A DNA stretch of 64,000 bases from Candidatus Bathyarchaeota archaeon (GCA_963714275.1 CAVQNT010000002.1:832001-896000); one strand, 5' to 3'; positions 32,432 to 43,512 are shown, counted from the stretch's first letter. Numbers and translations: made by a program. The notes: generated from the sequence alone by a model not told the origin.

Positions 32432-33427
32432 TTAGCTTTTAAAGTGTTCCCAACCTTTGGGTATTATTGTCAATGTTTCTTCATCAATCTTGAGCTCGAG
32501 CTTTTTCTCTTTGGTTACGGTGCCTATTCTGATTAATCGGCTTTCGAGCTTCTCCAAAGCATTTTCTGCTTTGTCCCAGAACATTGGTTTCACCGTTACA
32601 ACAAGCTCGTATTCTTCTCCCCCGTAGAGTCCAAGCTCCAAAGCATTAAAACCAAAGATTCTGGCAAACTCAACAGTCTCGGAAGCCAATGGAACGCTGT
32701 CGATTCTGAAGCCAACATTGCTGGCAACGGAGAGTCTCATGGAGGCTCCAAGCTAATCCGTCGCTCGAATCAATCGAAGCCGTTAATGCGCCTGTTTCTG
32801 CTAATGCGATTCCTTCTTTGAGTCGAGTCTTTAGGCATGTAAACAGCTTCAGTCAAAGGTTTTTCGATTTTACTTGGCACAATTCTTTGTTCGAGAAGGA
32901 TTTTTAGTCCAGCTGCTGTTTTTCCAAACTCTCCCGTTACAGCGACCATGTCGCCTGGTTTGGCGATGCTTCTTTTCACCAAGGTTCGATTGTTGCAGAA
33001 CCCGAGAAGCGAGCAGCTGAATGACGAGGTCAGAAGATTCGCCTGTGTCCCCGCCAATAACGTATGTTCCGTATTCGCGTGCGCCTTCGTTTAAGCCTAA
33101 GCCTATCTGTCTGATGTCTTCCTCGCTACAGCTCCTAGGTAAACCTAAGGCGACCAGAACCGCGACTGGCGAGACTCCTTTGGCTGCGAAGTCGCTTACG
33201 TTCATGACAACCGCTTTTCTGGCTGCCTGCCTCAAGCTCATGCCTTGCGGGACGTCCGTTTTGCCGATAAGCATGTCCGTTTTTATGACTGCGAGAGTGT
33301 TTCGGTTAAATTGAACTGCGGATATGTCGTCTCCGAAGGGAACAGGCATCTTAGGCATCGTTTCTAGGCAGCCTTTGATTATTTCGATTATTTTTCTTTC
33401 GCCGAGCTCGCCTGCTTTTCTCACAAC
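32432..33427 (-). CDS. thiL: Thiamine-monophosphate kinase (three apparent frameshifts)
   Basis: FGDD, NVSDFAAKG, GGDT, DSSDG, GGEEYEL. Confidence 0.9.
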
Positions 33428-33569
33428 AGAACCTCCAAGATATGATTTATTATCAAAGTACTTTAAAGAGCCTTCACACCACAAAAAGGTGAAGCCATAA
33501 ACGAACCGTTAAATACGGATGAGACAAAAAGTTCATGAAGACCTCTGAGTGTTTCTATTATGTTTATCT

Positions 33570-33645
33570 GCCTCGGTGGCTCAGCGGCTAGAGCAACAGC
33601 CTCGTAAGCTGTGGATCGCGGGTTCAATTCCCGCCCGGGGCTCCA
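33570..33645 (+). tRNA. tRNA-Thr(CGT)
   Basis: ACAGC-CT-CGT-AA-GCTGT anticodon arm, TTCAATT T-loop, encoded CCA. Confidence 0.95.
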
Positions 33646-33712
33646 TATAGTCCATGTCCGATTCTCTTCCACCAAACAGCCCTTTTAGTGCTCGGCGACT
33701 AATGCTAGTTGA

Positions 33713-33823
33713 ATAGTTGACATACACAATTACACTGAAAGGCTTGAAAGAGCAAAGAAGAGGCTCTTCAAACTTGAGGGCAGCGAATTATTATTTAACT
33801 TCATAGATCATCTAGTCAGCTAG
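33713..33823 (+). pseudogene. Probable N-terminal remnant of a tRNA-associated tyrosine integrase
   Basis: VDIHNYTERLERAKKRL...FIDHL resembles N-termini of archaeal integrases (from recall); lies just downstream of tRNA-Thr. Confidence 0.5.
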
Positions 33824-33924
33824 TTCATGTAAAATAAGCAATTTTTTGACGTCTTTTTTGGCAAAGGATTGCATTAAATCTGCTCTACTTTTGCTGTGGT
33901 TTCCGATTTCTAGCTGAGCTATAG

Positions 33925-34080
33925 TTTAAAGGTAGATACAACATCCTAATAGCCGAAGCTTTCATAGGCTGATTCCGTATACATGGAAAAATTCATCATA
34001 ATCAGCGACGATGCAGACTACAAACGAATATCCGAAGCCAAAGTCTTAACAGAAAAAGAGTTTATCTCGCACTTAACGTG
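33925..34080 (+). pseudogene. Possible C-terminal remnant of a PIN-domain toxin
   Basis: ...IISDDADYKRISEAKV resembles the PIN C-terminal SxDxDF/Y motif; frame disrupted. Confidence 0.4.
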
Positions 34081-34182
34081 ACTTATCCTTTCTTTTAAAA
34101 AATCTTACATAAAATAGTGGGTCATGGTTTTTCCTTGAATTGCTGAAGAATCAAGCCTTATAAAACAATAGTAAGTATTCAA

Positions 34183-35139
34183 TTGGTTAGAGAGAGATAC
34201 GAAATGTTTATTAAGATTCTTGTCTGCGACCCCATCGACATTAAGGGCATTGAGAAGCTTAGGCGGGAGGGCTTCGAGGTTGACGTTAAGTCCTCAATCA
34301 AACAGGCGGAACTCGAAAAAGTCGTTGCAGGTTACAATGCGCTTGTGGTCAGAAGCCGAACCAAGGTAACCAAACAATTATTGGAGAAAGGAGGACGACT
34401 GAAGGTCGTTGGACGGGTCGGATCTGGCGTTGACAACATCGACTCGAAGGCTGCTGAGAAACGTGGAATAGCGGTTTTGAACACGCCTGAGGCTCCGTCT
34501 GACTCCGTGGCTGAACTGACCATTGGACTGATATTAGCGATTGCGAGGAGAATCTCGTTCGCTGACCGTTCCATGAAAGACGGGAAATGGGCAAAAAAAG
34601 AGCTGGAAGGCTCATTACTTAACAACAAGACCTTAGGATTGATCGGGCTGGGAAACATCGGAGCCAAGGTTGCGAAGATCGCGAAAGCCTTGGGCATGAA
34701 GATTGTAGTTTTCAAGAGGACTCCGCCAAGTCGGGAGCTGTTTGAGCTGCTGGAGGCTGAGTTTGTTCCGTTGGATGAGCTGCTTAGGAGAAGCGACGTG
34801 GTTTCTGTTCATGTTCCCCTTACTGCTCAGACGGCAGGCATGATCGGAGAGAAGGAGCTAAGTCTCGTGAAGAAGGGAGTGATTCTGATTAACACTTCCC
34901 GAGGTGGCATCGTGGATGAGGATGCGCTTTTGAAAGCGTTAAAATCTGGAAGACTCGGTGGAGCAGGCTTGGACGTTTTTTGTGTTGAGCCGTCAAAGAA
35001 TATTGAGCTCATTCAGTTATCGAATGTTGTTTGCACGCCTCACATTGGGGCTCAGACAAAGGAAGCGCAGAAGGCAGCTTCGGTTCTATTGGCTGAAAAG
35101 ATCATACAGTTCTTCAGACAACAATTAAGGAATGTATAG
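34183..35139 (+). CDS. serA: D-2-hydroxyacid / D-3-phosphoglycerate dehydrogenase (no ACT domain)
   Basis: GSGVDNID, GLGNIG, NTSRG, TPHIGAQT. Confidence 0.8.
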   Translation: MVRERYEMFIKILVCDPIDIKGIEKLRREGFEVDVKSSIKQAELEKVVAGYNALVVRSRTKVTKQLLEKGGRLKVVGRVGSGVDNIDSKAAEKRGIAVLNTPEAPSDSVAELTIGLILAIARRISFADRSMKDGKWAKKELEGSLLNNKTLGLIGLGNIGAKVAKIAKALGMKIVVFKRTPPSRELFELLEAEFVPLDELLRRSDVVSVHVPLTAQTAGMIGEKELSLVKKGVILINTSRGGIVDEDALLKALKSGRLGGAGLDVFCVEPSKNIELIQLSNVVCTPHIGAQTKEAQKAASVLLAEKIIQFFRQQLRNV

Positions 35140-35217
35140 TCTGCCTTCGCAGGAGTTCGTTACGTTTAAATTGGTTCTGGTAGAAACAGTTAAGCCATAA
35201 ACAGGAGTGAACCGTTC

Positions 35218-36485
35218 TTGGTTGAGGTTTGGCTGCCCTACGGAAAAACGGAGGTCTGCGTGAGGATTCCGACCAAAAGTTTGCTGAAAACAGTTGAGCC
35301 AAACAATGTGGGTGCAGCCAAAAATCCTCAGTCCGAACTCGAATCGTCTTTGGCGAACCCTTTGGGGACAAAGCGTTTATCGGAAACAGCGAAGCCCGAA
35401 AGCAAGGTCAGCTATGGTTCTAAGGGACTCGGACACCTCGACCAACCAGATGATAGTTTCCGTCTTGTTGAACGAGCTGAACTCTGCGGAAGTAAGAGAC
35501 GAGGATGTGGCGGTCATCGTTGCTTGTGACCCACTTCGCGACTACCAAACTTGGCAGCAGATGCCGACGTTAGGCGAAAGCCTTTCTTCAAGAGTCAAGG
35601 TTGTTCGTCATGACCCTAAGGGCATGGAGCATGTTAATGTGGGGCGAACTTCTCGGGGAACGGATGTTTTTCTGAACAAAGCGTTCGTTGAGGCTGACTT
35701 AAAAATCGTGGCAGGAGCTGTGGAGCCACATCCTTTCGCTGGCTACAGTGGTGGAGCAGAACTGGTTTTACCAGGCGTATCGGGCATTGAGTCGATTCGT
35801 AAAAATTTTCTTTTAGCGTTGGATAAGAAGGTGGAACGTGGAAACATCGAAGGTAACCCAGTTTATGAGGACATGGTTGAGGCTGCTGGGCTTGCTGAGG
35901 TGGATTTTTGTTTAAACGTGGTTAGGAATGGCGGTTTAGAGGTGGTTAAAGCCTTCGCTGGCGACATTGAGGGTTCTTTTGGGGAAGCAGTTAAGCTCGT
36001 GAATGGGGTGTGCAGCGTTCCTGTTGACAGTCGGGCTGACGTTGTTTTTATTAGTCCAGGCGGTTTCCCATTTGACGGAAGTCTTTTCGAGTCTTTGAAG
36101 TGCTTGGATGTTGCTGAGGAACTGGTAAAAAGGGGTAAGTCTGTGGTTTTGGTCGCGGAGTGTGCTCATGGGCTTGGAGACAGAGAGTTTGTTGAGGCGG
36201 TATCAAGGCGCGATAATCTTAAGGCTTTGGAGAAGGAGGCTGAAGAGAAACTTCAGCGTCGGCAGGCTTGTGGCTTACCGTCTTTTAACCGCTGCCCAGA
36301 ACGCCAGGTTATTCTTTGTTTCGGTTGTGCCCGACTACCTTGTCACTCAGGTTCACGGCGTGAAAGGCGCGAGGACGGCTAATGAGGCTTACCGTTACGC
36401 TTCTGACGCTGCTGGGAAGAACGGGAAGGCTTCGTTTGTTCCGTACGGAAACTTGACTGTGCCCCAAATTAAGACCGTGGAATGA
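35218..36485 (+). CDS. LarA (nickel-pincer racemase) family homolog (two apparent frameshifts)
   Basis: LPYG, GRTSRGT, PHPFAGYSGG, GGFPFD, AECAHG. Confidence 0.8.
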
Positions 36486-36552
36486 TTACTTTTTTGGGAA
36501 AAAGATAAATCTGTCAGCGTGCCTTTTTTAGAGAAAAAAATAAACCTTTAAG

Positions 36553-37050
36553 ATGGGTCTTGGCGTGTTGTCTCAGTATGTCCTAAGAAAGTTTGAACCG
36601 AAGGACTTGCATCAGGTAATCCGCATAAACCAGGTTTGCCTGCCTGAGAATTACTCTAACGGGTTCTTTATTGAGCTTTTCGAGAAGTTTCCTGACACTT
36701 TCATCGTGGCTGAGAAAGACGGAATAATCATTGGCTATGTGCTGTGCAGGATCGAAAGCGGATTTTCGGGTATGAGTTTGAAGACTCTCGGCATCGCAAA
36801 AAAGGGGCACATCATCTCGATCGCTGTGTTGCCTGAGAACCGTAACATCGGCGTGGGATATGCTTTGGCTGATGAGGCTTTGCGTGCCATGTCGGCGTCT
36901 TATGAGGCGAAAAGCTGCTACCTCGAAGTCAGGGTAAGCAATGACGTTGCGCTGAGCCTTTACAAGCGAACAGGGTTCGAGGTTGAAAGAACCATAAGAG
37001 AATACTACTCAAACGGCGAAGACGCCTACATAATGAGCAAAAAAATTTGA
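36553..37050 (+). CDS. N-terminal acetyltransferase (Ard1/RimI)
   Basis: LPENY, GHIISIAV, LEVRVSN, YYSNGEDA. Confidence 0.9.
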   Translation: MGLGVLSQYVLRKFEPKDLHQVIRINQVCLPENYSNGFFIELFEKFPDTFIVAEKDGIIIGYVLCRIESGFSGMSLKTLGIAKKGHIISIAVLPENRNIGVGYALADEALRAMSASYEAKSCYLEVRVSNDVALSLYKRTGFEVERTIREYYSNGEDAYIMSKKI

Positions 37051-37257
37051 GCAAAGAACGGCGCCAGACTCCGCTTGGCAAATTTTTTTTGTTTACTGAA
37101 TCTGTGGGATTGTTGATTCAGGTGTCCAAGTCTGGTCTGATTTGTGTGACATCTGTTTTTATTTTTTTTGTGTGACAAACCGCAGTCTGTAAAAACTTGT
37201 TAATAATGGAAAACAAGGACTCTGCAATCTTAGAACTGTAAGGTTATTATTTGGTAT

Positions 37258-38079
37258 TTAATTTGCTGCGGCTTCGGTTTCTTCTTCAGTGTAGGTTCGC
37301 AGCCTGTTCATAAGTTCGCGGAAGTCAACTTGGTGCGCGTCGAATTCGGGACCGTCCACGCACGCGAATTTTGTTTCCCCGCCAACCGTGATTCTGCATC
37401 CGCCGCACATCCCGGTTCCGTCAACCATAATCGGGTTCAAGCTAACAACCGTTTTTACTTTGAACGGACGGGTAACCTCGGCGACCGCACGCATCATAGG
37501 CACTGGTCCAGCAGCCATGACGAGGTCGATTTTTTTGCCCTTTTCTAGGAGACTTTTCAGAACGTCGGCAGTGAAGCCTTTTAACCCCTTTGTTCCGTCG
37601 TCGGTTGAGACGTGAAGCTCGTCGCTTAGGCTCCGTGACTCCTCCTCCAACAGCAGAAGGTTGACGTTTCTGGCTCCAAGAATCGTAATTACGCGATTTC
37701 CAGCCTCCTTCAACGCTTTGACCCACGGGTAAATCAGCGCCATTCCCACCCCGCCACCTACCACGGCAACCTCGCCGTACTTTTCTGCATTAGTGGGGTT
37801 GCCTAGGGGACCAACAATGTCCATGATGGTGTCGCCGATGTTGAGGTTTCCCAGCTTCTTGGTGGATGCTCCTACCTCCTGAAGAATGAGGACGATTGTG
37901 CCTTCCTTCGGGTTCCAGTCCACAAGTGTAAGGGGGAACCTTTCGCCTCGTTCGTCAATCCTGAGAATCACGAACTGCCCTGCGTGAGCCTTCTTCGCAA
38001 TGAGAGGCGCGGAAACCACTAGGCGTTTGATGCCTGGCGCCAACGAGTCTTTTTTCAGAATCTGGAATTTCTGTGCCAT
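37258..38079 (-). CDS. NfnA/SudB-type FAD/NAD-binding [2Fe-2S] subunit
   Basis: GQFVILR, GPLG, DGTGMCGGC, CVDGPEF. Confidence 0.9.
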   Translation of the reverse strand: MAQKFQILKKDSLAPGIKRLVVSAPLIAKKAHAGQFVILRIDERGERFPLTLVDWNPKEGTIVLILQEVGASTKKLGNLNIGDTIMDIVGPLGNPTNAEKYGEVAVVGGGVGMALIYPWVKALKEAGNRVITILGARNVNLLLLEEESRSLSDELHVSTDDGTKGLKGFTADVLKSLLEKGKKIDLVMAAGPVPMMRAVAEVTRPFKVKTVVSLNPIMVDGTGMCGGCRITVGGETKFACVDGPEFDAHQVDFRELMNRLRTYTEEETEAAAN

Positions 38080-38270
38080 AAAAGGTCCTCCACATTGCAT
38101 TATGCGGGTCGAGTGTAATAGCGGAAATAATCATATAAACGTTATGAGACAAACTAGTCAGCTCACGTCCATACGTTCGACGCCCACAATTTCAAAAATA
38201 GTTATATCAAGGGCAAAAAATTTTATGTTATCAGACCTTCATAGCATAAAATTGGTTAGGGCGACTGTTT

Positions 38271-38681
38271 ATGGCGGAAGACGAGGAACTTGCGGAACTG
38301 AGACGCAAAAAGCTTGAAGACTTGATGCGCCAAAAACAGGAGGAACCCGTTTCTCCAACAACGAGCGCAACAGTTGAGGTTACTGACCAGAATTTCGCCA
38401 AAACAGTAAGCAAAGAAGGCTTAGTAGTGATCGACTGCTGGGCAATCTGGTGTTCACCGTGCCGCATGTTAAGCCCAATCATTGAGGAGCTCGCGAAGGA
38501 CTACGTTGGAAAAATAGTTTTTGGTAAGCTGAACGTGGACGAAAACCGCGACGTTGCCCTTGAGTACCAGATAATGAGCATACCCACAATTCTGGTTTTT
38601 AAGAACGGAACCCTCGTGGACCGAATCGTAGGCGTCATGCCCAGAAGGCTTCTGGAACCAAAGATAACCCAGCACCTTTAG
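38271..38681 (+). CDS. trxA: Thioredoxin
   Basis: WCSPC, SIPT. Confidence 0.92.
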   Translation: MAEDEELAELRRKKLEDLMRQKQEEPVSPTTSATVEVTDQNFAKTVSKEGLVVIDCWAIWCSPCRMLSPIIEELAKDYVGKIVFGKLNVDENRDVALEYQIMSIPTILVFKNGTLVDRIVGVMPRRLLEPKITQHL

Positions 38682-38684
38682 CCT

Positions 38685-39533
38685 TCATGGCTTTCGCGGA
38701 AGGATTTTCGCAGCCTCATTTGCCACTAGACCAATCTCTTCAGGCGCAAGCTCCCTCGGTCTTCTGGTGTGAAAAGGAAAAGTGTCCGCCAGCCTAAGAG
38801 CCTCGGTTTTTGGAACCCCATATTTGCCTATTAACGGTAGAACAGCGTTCCTCAGCTTCTTGTTCTTCTGCGTAAAAATGACCCTTACAACCTCGGAGAA
38901 GAAGCCTTCATCGTCAACCTGGAAAGGAGGCTTTTTAGGCTTTAAGCGGACAATCCTCGAATCCACGTTTGGCGAAGGCCAAAAACGGTCCTTGGGGATT
39001 TGGTCCAGAAGCTCAACTTCAGAACGGTAATACGTTGTAACGGTCAGCCTTCCATAGTCGCTGGATCCAACTGGGGCTGCCAACCGTTCAGCGAACTCTT
39101 CTTGGAAAGAAAGGACTGCTAACTCGTATTTTGTATCTAGAAGCCAAAAAAGAATCGGCGATGAAATAGAGTATGGAGGCGTGGAAACAACTTTCTCAAA
39201 GCCTTGAATACTGAGCTTCAAAACGTCGCTCTCAATCAAGGCAACATTTACTCGGTTTCTCATCCTTTCTCTTAAAACCTGCATCAGCCTCGGGTCTACC
39301 TCGACGGCTATGACTTTTCCAGCCTTTTCTGCGAGATGTTCGGTGAGAGAACCTAATCCAGCTCCTATCTCAAGCACTATGTCCTTTTTGTTTAAGGAAG
39401 CGTGTAAAACCATCTTCTGTAAGGCGTCTCTGTCTACAAGGAAGCTCTGACCTAAACGTTTCCTCGGCACAATCCCGTGAGCCCTCAGAATTCTTCTGGT
39501 TTCATCCTTAAGGTTCATCGTGGTCTCCGTCAC
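38685..39533 (-). CDS. rsmA: 16S rRNA adenine dimethyltransferase
   Basis: LGQSFL, EIGAGLG, PPYSISS, YGRL. Confidence 0.93.
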   Translation of the reverse strand: MTETTMNLKDETRRILRAHGIVPRKRLGQSFLVDRDALQKMVLHASLNKKDIVLEIGAGLGSLTEHLAEKAGKVIAVEVDPRLMQVLRERMRNRVNVALIESDVLKLSIQGFEKVVSTPPYSISSPILFWLLDTKYELAVLSFQEEFAERLAAPVGSSDYGRLTVTTYYRSEVELLDQIPKDRFWPSPNVDSRIVRLKPKKPPFQVDDEGFFSEVVRVIFTQKNKKLRNAVLPLIGKYGVPKTEALRLADTFPFHTRRPRELAPEEIGLVANEAAKILPRKP

Positions 39534-39621
39534 CCCGCAATCCTTACTAAGCCTAAATTAAATGTTCGTTGTTGAATTATTTGGTTGGAAATGTAGACAG
39601 AAGGGAAAAAAACTTCGACAT

Positions 39622-40221
39622 TTAAGATGAACGGGTGAACAGGCGGTATTTGGTGTCGCTTGAAAGCTCCTCAATGACCCTTTTAACGATCAGTTTAGCT
39701 GGGCTGGGAATGCTAACTCGGTTCTGCAGATCCTCGAAGCTTTCGTAGGGCTTCTTTTCTCTGTTGTTCAGGATGTCCCACATGTATTTTTTCCCGATTC
39801 CTGGTATCAGTTCCAACGCGTGCATCCTCGGCGTTATCGGTTGGGCGTTGTTGAAAAAGTTCACGAACCACTTTTCTCGGTCAAGCGCAATCTTTTCGAT
39901 GGCGGTCTCGAGATCCATCCTCGCGTTCGCTGTCAACTCGTCGTACCCGACTCGTCCAAGAATGTACGTAATGTCGTGGCGGGAATTCTTGCCCACGTAA
40001 ACCTTGTCCAGCGGTCTAAGCGTGACTCCTGCTCTGACGTTCGCTTCGAGAAGCGTGAAATAGTGAGTTCCCACTACTTGAACCACGGCTCCCGCCCGAA
40101 ACTTGCCTTTAGTTCCAGGCTTGCCGAACAGCAAAAAATCCAGAATGTACGCGTTTTCCTCGTAAAGCTGCCGAGATTCTCTTTCTTCCAACTCTTGCCT
40201 TTCCCCCATTCGTTCCTTCAT
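39622..40221 (-). CDS. DUF655 putative RNA-binding protein
   Basis: FTLLE, RMHALELIPGIG; conserved position between rpoF and rsmA. Confidence 0.9.
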   Translation of the reverse strand: MKERMGERQELEERESRQLYEENAYILDFLLFGKPGTKGKFRAGAVVQVVGTHYFTLLEANVRAGVTLRPLDKVYVGKNSRHDITYILGRVGYDELTANARMDLETAIEKIALDREKWFVNFFNNAQPITPRMHALELIPGIGKKYMWDILNNREKKPYESFEDLQNRVSIPSPAKLIVKRVIEELSSDTKYRLFTRSS

Positions 40222-40450
40222 GTCAGGTGAATAGAACTTTGCAAAAAAACAATGTGCAATCCATGTTACGTTTTTTTGACCTTTATGCGTTGAACGGAAA
40301 AGACGGGATGAACGGAAGAAACATGACTTTCAGTAAGGGATGACAAGCAGAAATCGAAGATGAGAACATGTTCTGTCTGCATACTTAAACCTCACCAAGC
40401 AACATAGCATTACGTTTAAAAGGCTAATAACCTTTTTCTTTCCCCTAAGC

Positions 40451-40798
40451 TTAGGCTTCCTTCTTTTTTCTGTACTTGCCCAAAAGATTCAGAATCGATT
40501 CCAGCTTTGATGTTTCCACAATTTTCCGTCCGCCAGCGAGAAAAACCCGCAGTTCGCCAACAGTCTCAGGCATGCAGTTTACTATCTGAACCGCCTCTTC
40601 GTCGTCCATCATCCCAGTTTCCTTGAGTTCAGCCAGAAGCTTCTCAGCGGACGCGGAATCAATCTTCGAAAACTTCGCTGCGTAATCCAAAGACCTCCGC
40701 TGGAACTGGTCCAAGTTTTCTTCGCCTAAGGATTCAAGTAAAGCCTTAACCTGAGGCGTCGTAACGGTTTGAGTTTTTGTTACTTTTTTGTTCGACAA
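40451..40798 (-). CDS. rpoF: RNA polymerase subunit Rpo4 (F)
   Basis: LDYAAKFSK, IVNCMPET; context. Confidence 0.9.
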   Translation of the reverse strand: MSNKKVTKTQTVTTPQVKALLESLGEENLDQFQRRSLDYAAKFSKIDSASAEKLLAELKETGMMDDEEAVQIVNCMPETVGELRVFLAGGRKIVETSKLESILNLLGKYRKKKEA

Positions 40799-40801
40799 AT
40801 T

Positions 40802-41098
40802 TTATTCCTCGCTGTAACTTTTCAGATGTTCAGGTCGAATAATCAATTCCTTGACAGCGTCTCCCAGAGTGACGCTAACCTCGTAGGACCTTCCTCTCTT
40901 GGACCGTACGACTCCTATCCTTCCTTGGTACCTGTGGTGCGGCATGCCCTTGTGGACGCTTGAGTCTATGCTGATGACTACTTTGTCGCCTGGCTCATAC
41001 TTCTTAAGCAGCTTGCTAAGTCCAAGTTTACCACTTTCTCTAGGCTTTTTGGTCAACAGGGCACGAGTCTTTTTTCGGAATCCTTGAGATTTCGGCAT
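40802..41098 (-). CDS. rpl21e: 50S ribosomal protein L21e
   Basis: HKGMPHHRYQG, RPEHL. Confidence 0.95.
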   Translation of the reverse strand: MPKSQGFRKKTRALLTKKPRESGKLGLSKLLKKYEPGDKVVISIDSSVHKGMPHHRYQGRIGVVRSKRGRSYEVSVTLGDAVKELIIRPEHLKSYSEE

Positions 41099-41107
41099 TT
41101 ACGTTCA

Positions 41108-42433
41108 TCAACCTTTTATCGAGACGCTTAATACGTCAAGTTCAAGGGGCTCAGCCTTCGCGTCGACGATTTTCGACACGTTCGGTTCTGTGCGTCCTCC
41201 GTCCCCTGTAACGAGTTCCTTGACGTAGAGTCCTCCTTGGCATCGAACCTTCATTTCGACGCTGTTCGGGGAGATTCTCTTTACCGTGGTCTCATATATG
41301 TGTTTTTCTCGAGTCTTATCAGCCCTTCTACGTAACACGCGTGTCGGAGTCTGCTGAAAAACTTTAACTCCTGACAGGGAACGCGCAATTTTCTCGATCT
41401 CGTCGTCTGAAACATCCCTGTCGAAACGCACCGTGACCCTGTACGTCTTCTTGGCTGCCTCCAAATGCTTCAGAGCCCTAATCATATCTTTGTCCACTTT
41501 TTTTAGGCTTGAGACCTTGATTTTTCCGTCAGCCCGCTTGTTTATGGCTTGGGCAAGCTCCTTAAGGTCTATCTCACGTTTGCGCGGTCGTTTGACTTGA
41601 ACGATGAACGGTCTCCCTTTCCCCAGCATACGGGCGTCAGCGTCCTCCCTGCCTGCTCCGTGAAAAGAAGCGCCCTCGCCGCGAACCGTCTCTACCGTTG
41701 GACCAGCGACCAGCTCCTCAACCGATTCAGGATGCAACCTCCCCCTGAAGCCGCATTCGGCACATCCTTTGCCTCTGCATTTGGGGCAGAACCATTTTGA
41801 CTGCGGAATCCCGCGTACAAGCTTCTGGTATTTTCCCATCACGAAAAGCGGGTTCACCTGAAGCTGAATGTCGCCTGCTAAGGGGTTGACAAGAACGACT
41901 ATTTGGGGATTCAGGAAGTCCACGGTTTTCCCTGTTCTGTCTGAAAGCATTTTCCCGAATTCTCGGCTTATCTCGTTCCTGAAGTTTTCGCCGTGTTGAA
42001 CCTCGAATTGTGCTTTGAACTCGTCTTCCCTCTCCTCGGCTTCATGAGGTAATTTGACGCCGACCAGAAAAGTGTCGTGCTCGTAGCCTTGAAGCTTCTC
42101 AGCAGCTTTCGCAACAAGGGACGGCAAGGATTCGAAACAGCCTTCGCACAGAAAACACTTTTTCGCTTGTTTGGGTCTTCGTTTAAGTTTCCTAAGTATC
42201 TCAGCTGCCATGGGAAAGGAACCATTTTCAGCTAGAATTCTTAGAAGCGAAACGCCTTCCTTGTTTTTTTGAAGAGCCAAGTGATGCCCCTTCATCGTGA
42301 GAAACAGCTTTATTGTTCTTCCACGTTCTTGGTTGTCGATGCCGAAGCCTAGGAACGCAAACTGCCTGCCTAAACAATGGTCGCATAAAGGATGTTTCTC
42401 AAGCATCATCCGAGCCTTTTCGTTGATTTCCAT
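41108..42433 (-). CDS. pus10: tRNA pseudouridine 54/55 synthase Pus10
   Basis: CDHCLGR, GAGREDADA, QQTP, GGLYVKEL. Confidence 0.95.
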   Translation of the reverse strand: MEINEKARMMLEKHPLCDHCLGRQFAFLGFGIDNQERGRTIKLFLTMKGHHLALQKNKEGVSLLRILAENGSFPMAAEILRKLKRRPKQAKKCFLCEGCFESLPSLVAKAAEKLQGYEHDTFLVGVKLPHEAEEREDEFKAQFEVQHGENFRNEISREFGKMLSDRTGKTVDFLNPQIVVLVNPLAGDIQLQVNPLFVMGKYQKLVRGIPQSKWFCPKCRGKGCAECGFRGRLHPESVEELVAGPTVETVRGEGASFHGAGREDADARMLGKGRPFIVQVKRPRKREIDLKELAQAINKRADGKIKVSSLKKVDKDMIRALKHLEAAKKTYRVTVRFDRDVSDDEIEKIARSLSGVKVFQQTPTRVLRRRADKTREKHIYETTVKRISPNSVEMKVRCQGGLYVKELVTGDGGRTEPNVSKIVDAKAEPLELDVLSVSIKG

Positions 42434-42555
42434 GCCCAAAATTTCACCGACACGTCCCAAATGCCCAAAGCATGTTTCGCTGAATTTTCGAAGTATGATT
42501 AATCGGGATGATTTATATTTGTATATCTCCACAAAACTTAAGGCGGCGAGTAGAA

Positions 42556-43459
42556 TTGAGGATTACACGTTACGTTCACCGAGGAGCAGAATCCTACGGC
42601 GTTATCCAAAGAAACGATAAGATTGCGGACCTTCCCAAACTTGGCAAAATTCAGGGAAAAACTGTTCCACCAACAATCGATGGACTCATCTCTCAAGGTT
42701 CAGCAGCGGAAAATCTTGTCAAAGAAATTTTGGACAGTGCCCCGAAAAGCCAAAACAAAAAATTCCTTCTTGAAAAAGACGCGGTTAAATTGAAGGCGCC
42801 AGTCATTTCTCCGCCTAAGATTATTTGTTTGGGGGTTAACTACAGGGACCACGCTGAAGAGGCAGAAGCCACTCTTCCAGAAGAACCCATAATTTTCATG
42901 AAGCCGAGAACAGCCTTGATAAGCCCCGAAGAACCCGTGAGAAAACCACGTTTTGTCCGAAAGTCTGGATTACGAAGTTGAACTCGCAGTAATCATAGGC
43001 AAAACAGGAAAGAACATTCCAACCTCAAAGGCGCATGAACACGTTTTCGGATACACAGTTTTCGACGACATTTCAGCGCGGGACATACAGTTCAAGGACG
43101 GTCAGTGGACGAGGGGAAAAAGCTTCGACACCTTCGCTCCTTTCGGACCCTGCATCACGACATCTGACCAGATTGGCGACCCGAACAATCTCCGTCTGTG
43201 GACTCGGGTGAACGGCGATACGAGGCAAAACTCTTCGACAAAAAATATGTTGTTCAACGTTTACGAAATCGTTCATCACCTAAGCCGAGTGATGACCCTT
43301 GAACCGTGCGACATAATAGCGACTGGGACACCGGCAGGCGTGGCAGCTTTCATGAAGCCGATACCTAAGTTCCTTGAGCCGGGCGACGTCGTAGAGGTGG
43401 AAGTCGAAAACATCGGAACCCTCAGAAACCCCATAACCGAAGATGCTGCAGCAACGTGA
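42556..43459 (+). CDS. Fumarylacetoacetate hydrolase family protein (apparent frameshift near 42963)
   Basis: GVNYRDH, DYEVEL, GKSFDTF, TGTPAGV. Confidence 0.9.
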
Positions 43460-43512
43460 GGGCTTTGAAGATCTAAATTTTAAATAAAGATGCGGTTATT
43501 CTTTTCTTTCAA

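Noticed and set aside
40225-40450. Possible ncRNA or C/D sRNA between rpoF and DUF655
   Set aside because: No convincing RUGAUGA/CUGA box pairing or stable structure could be identified by eye.
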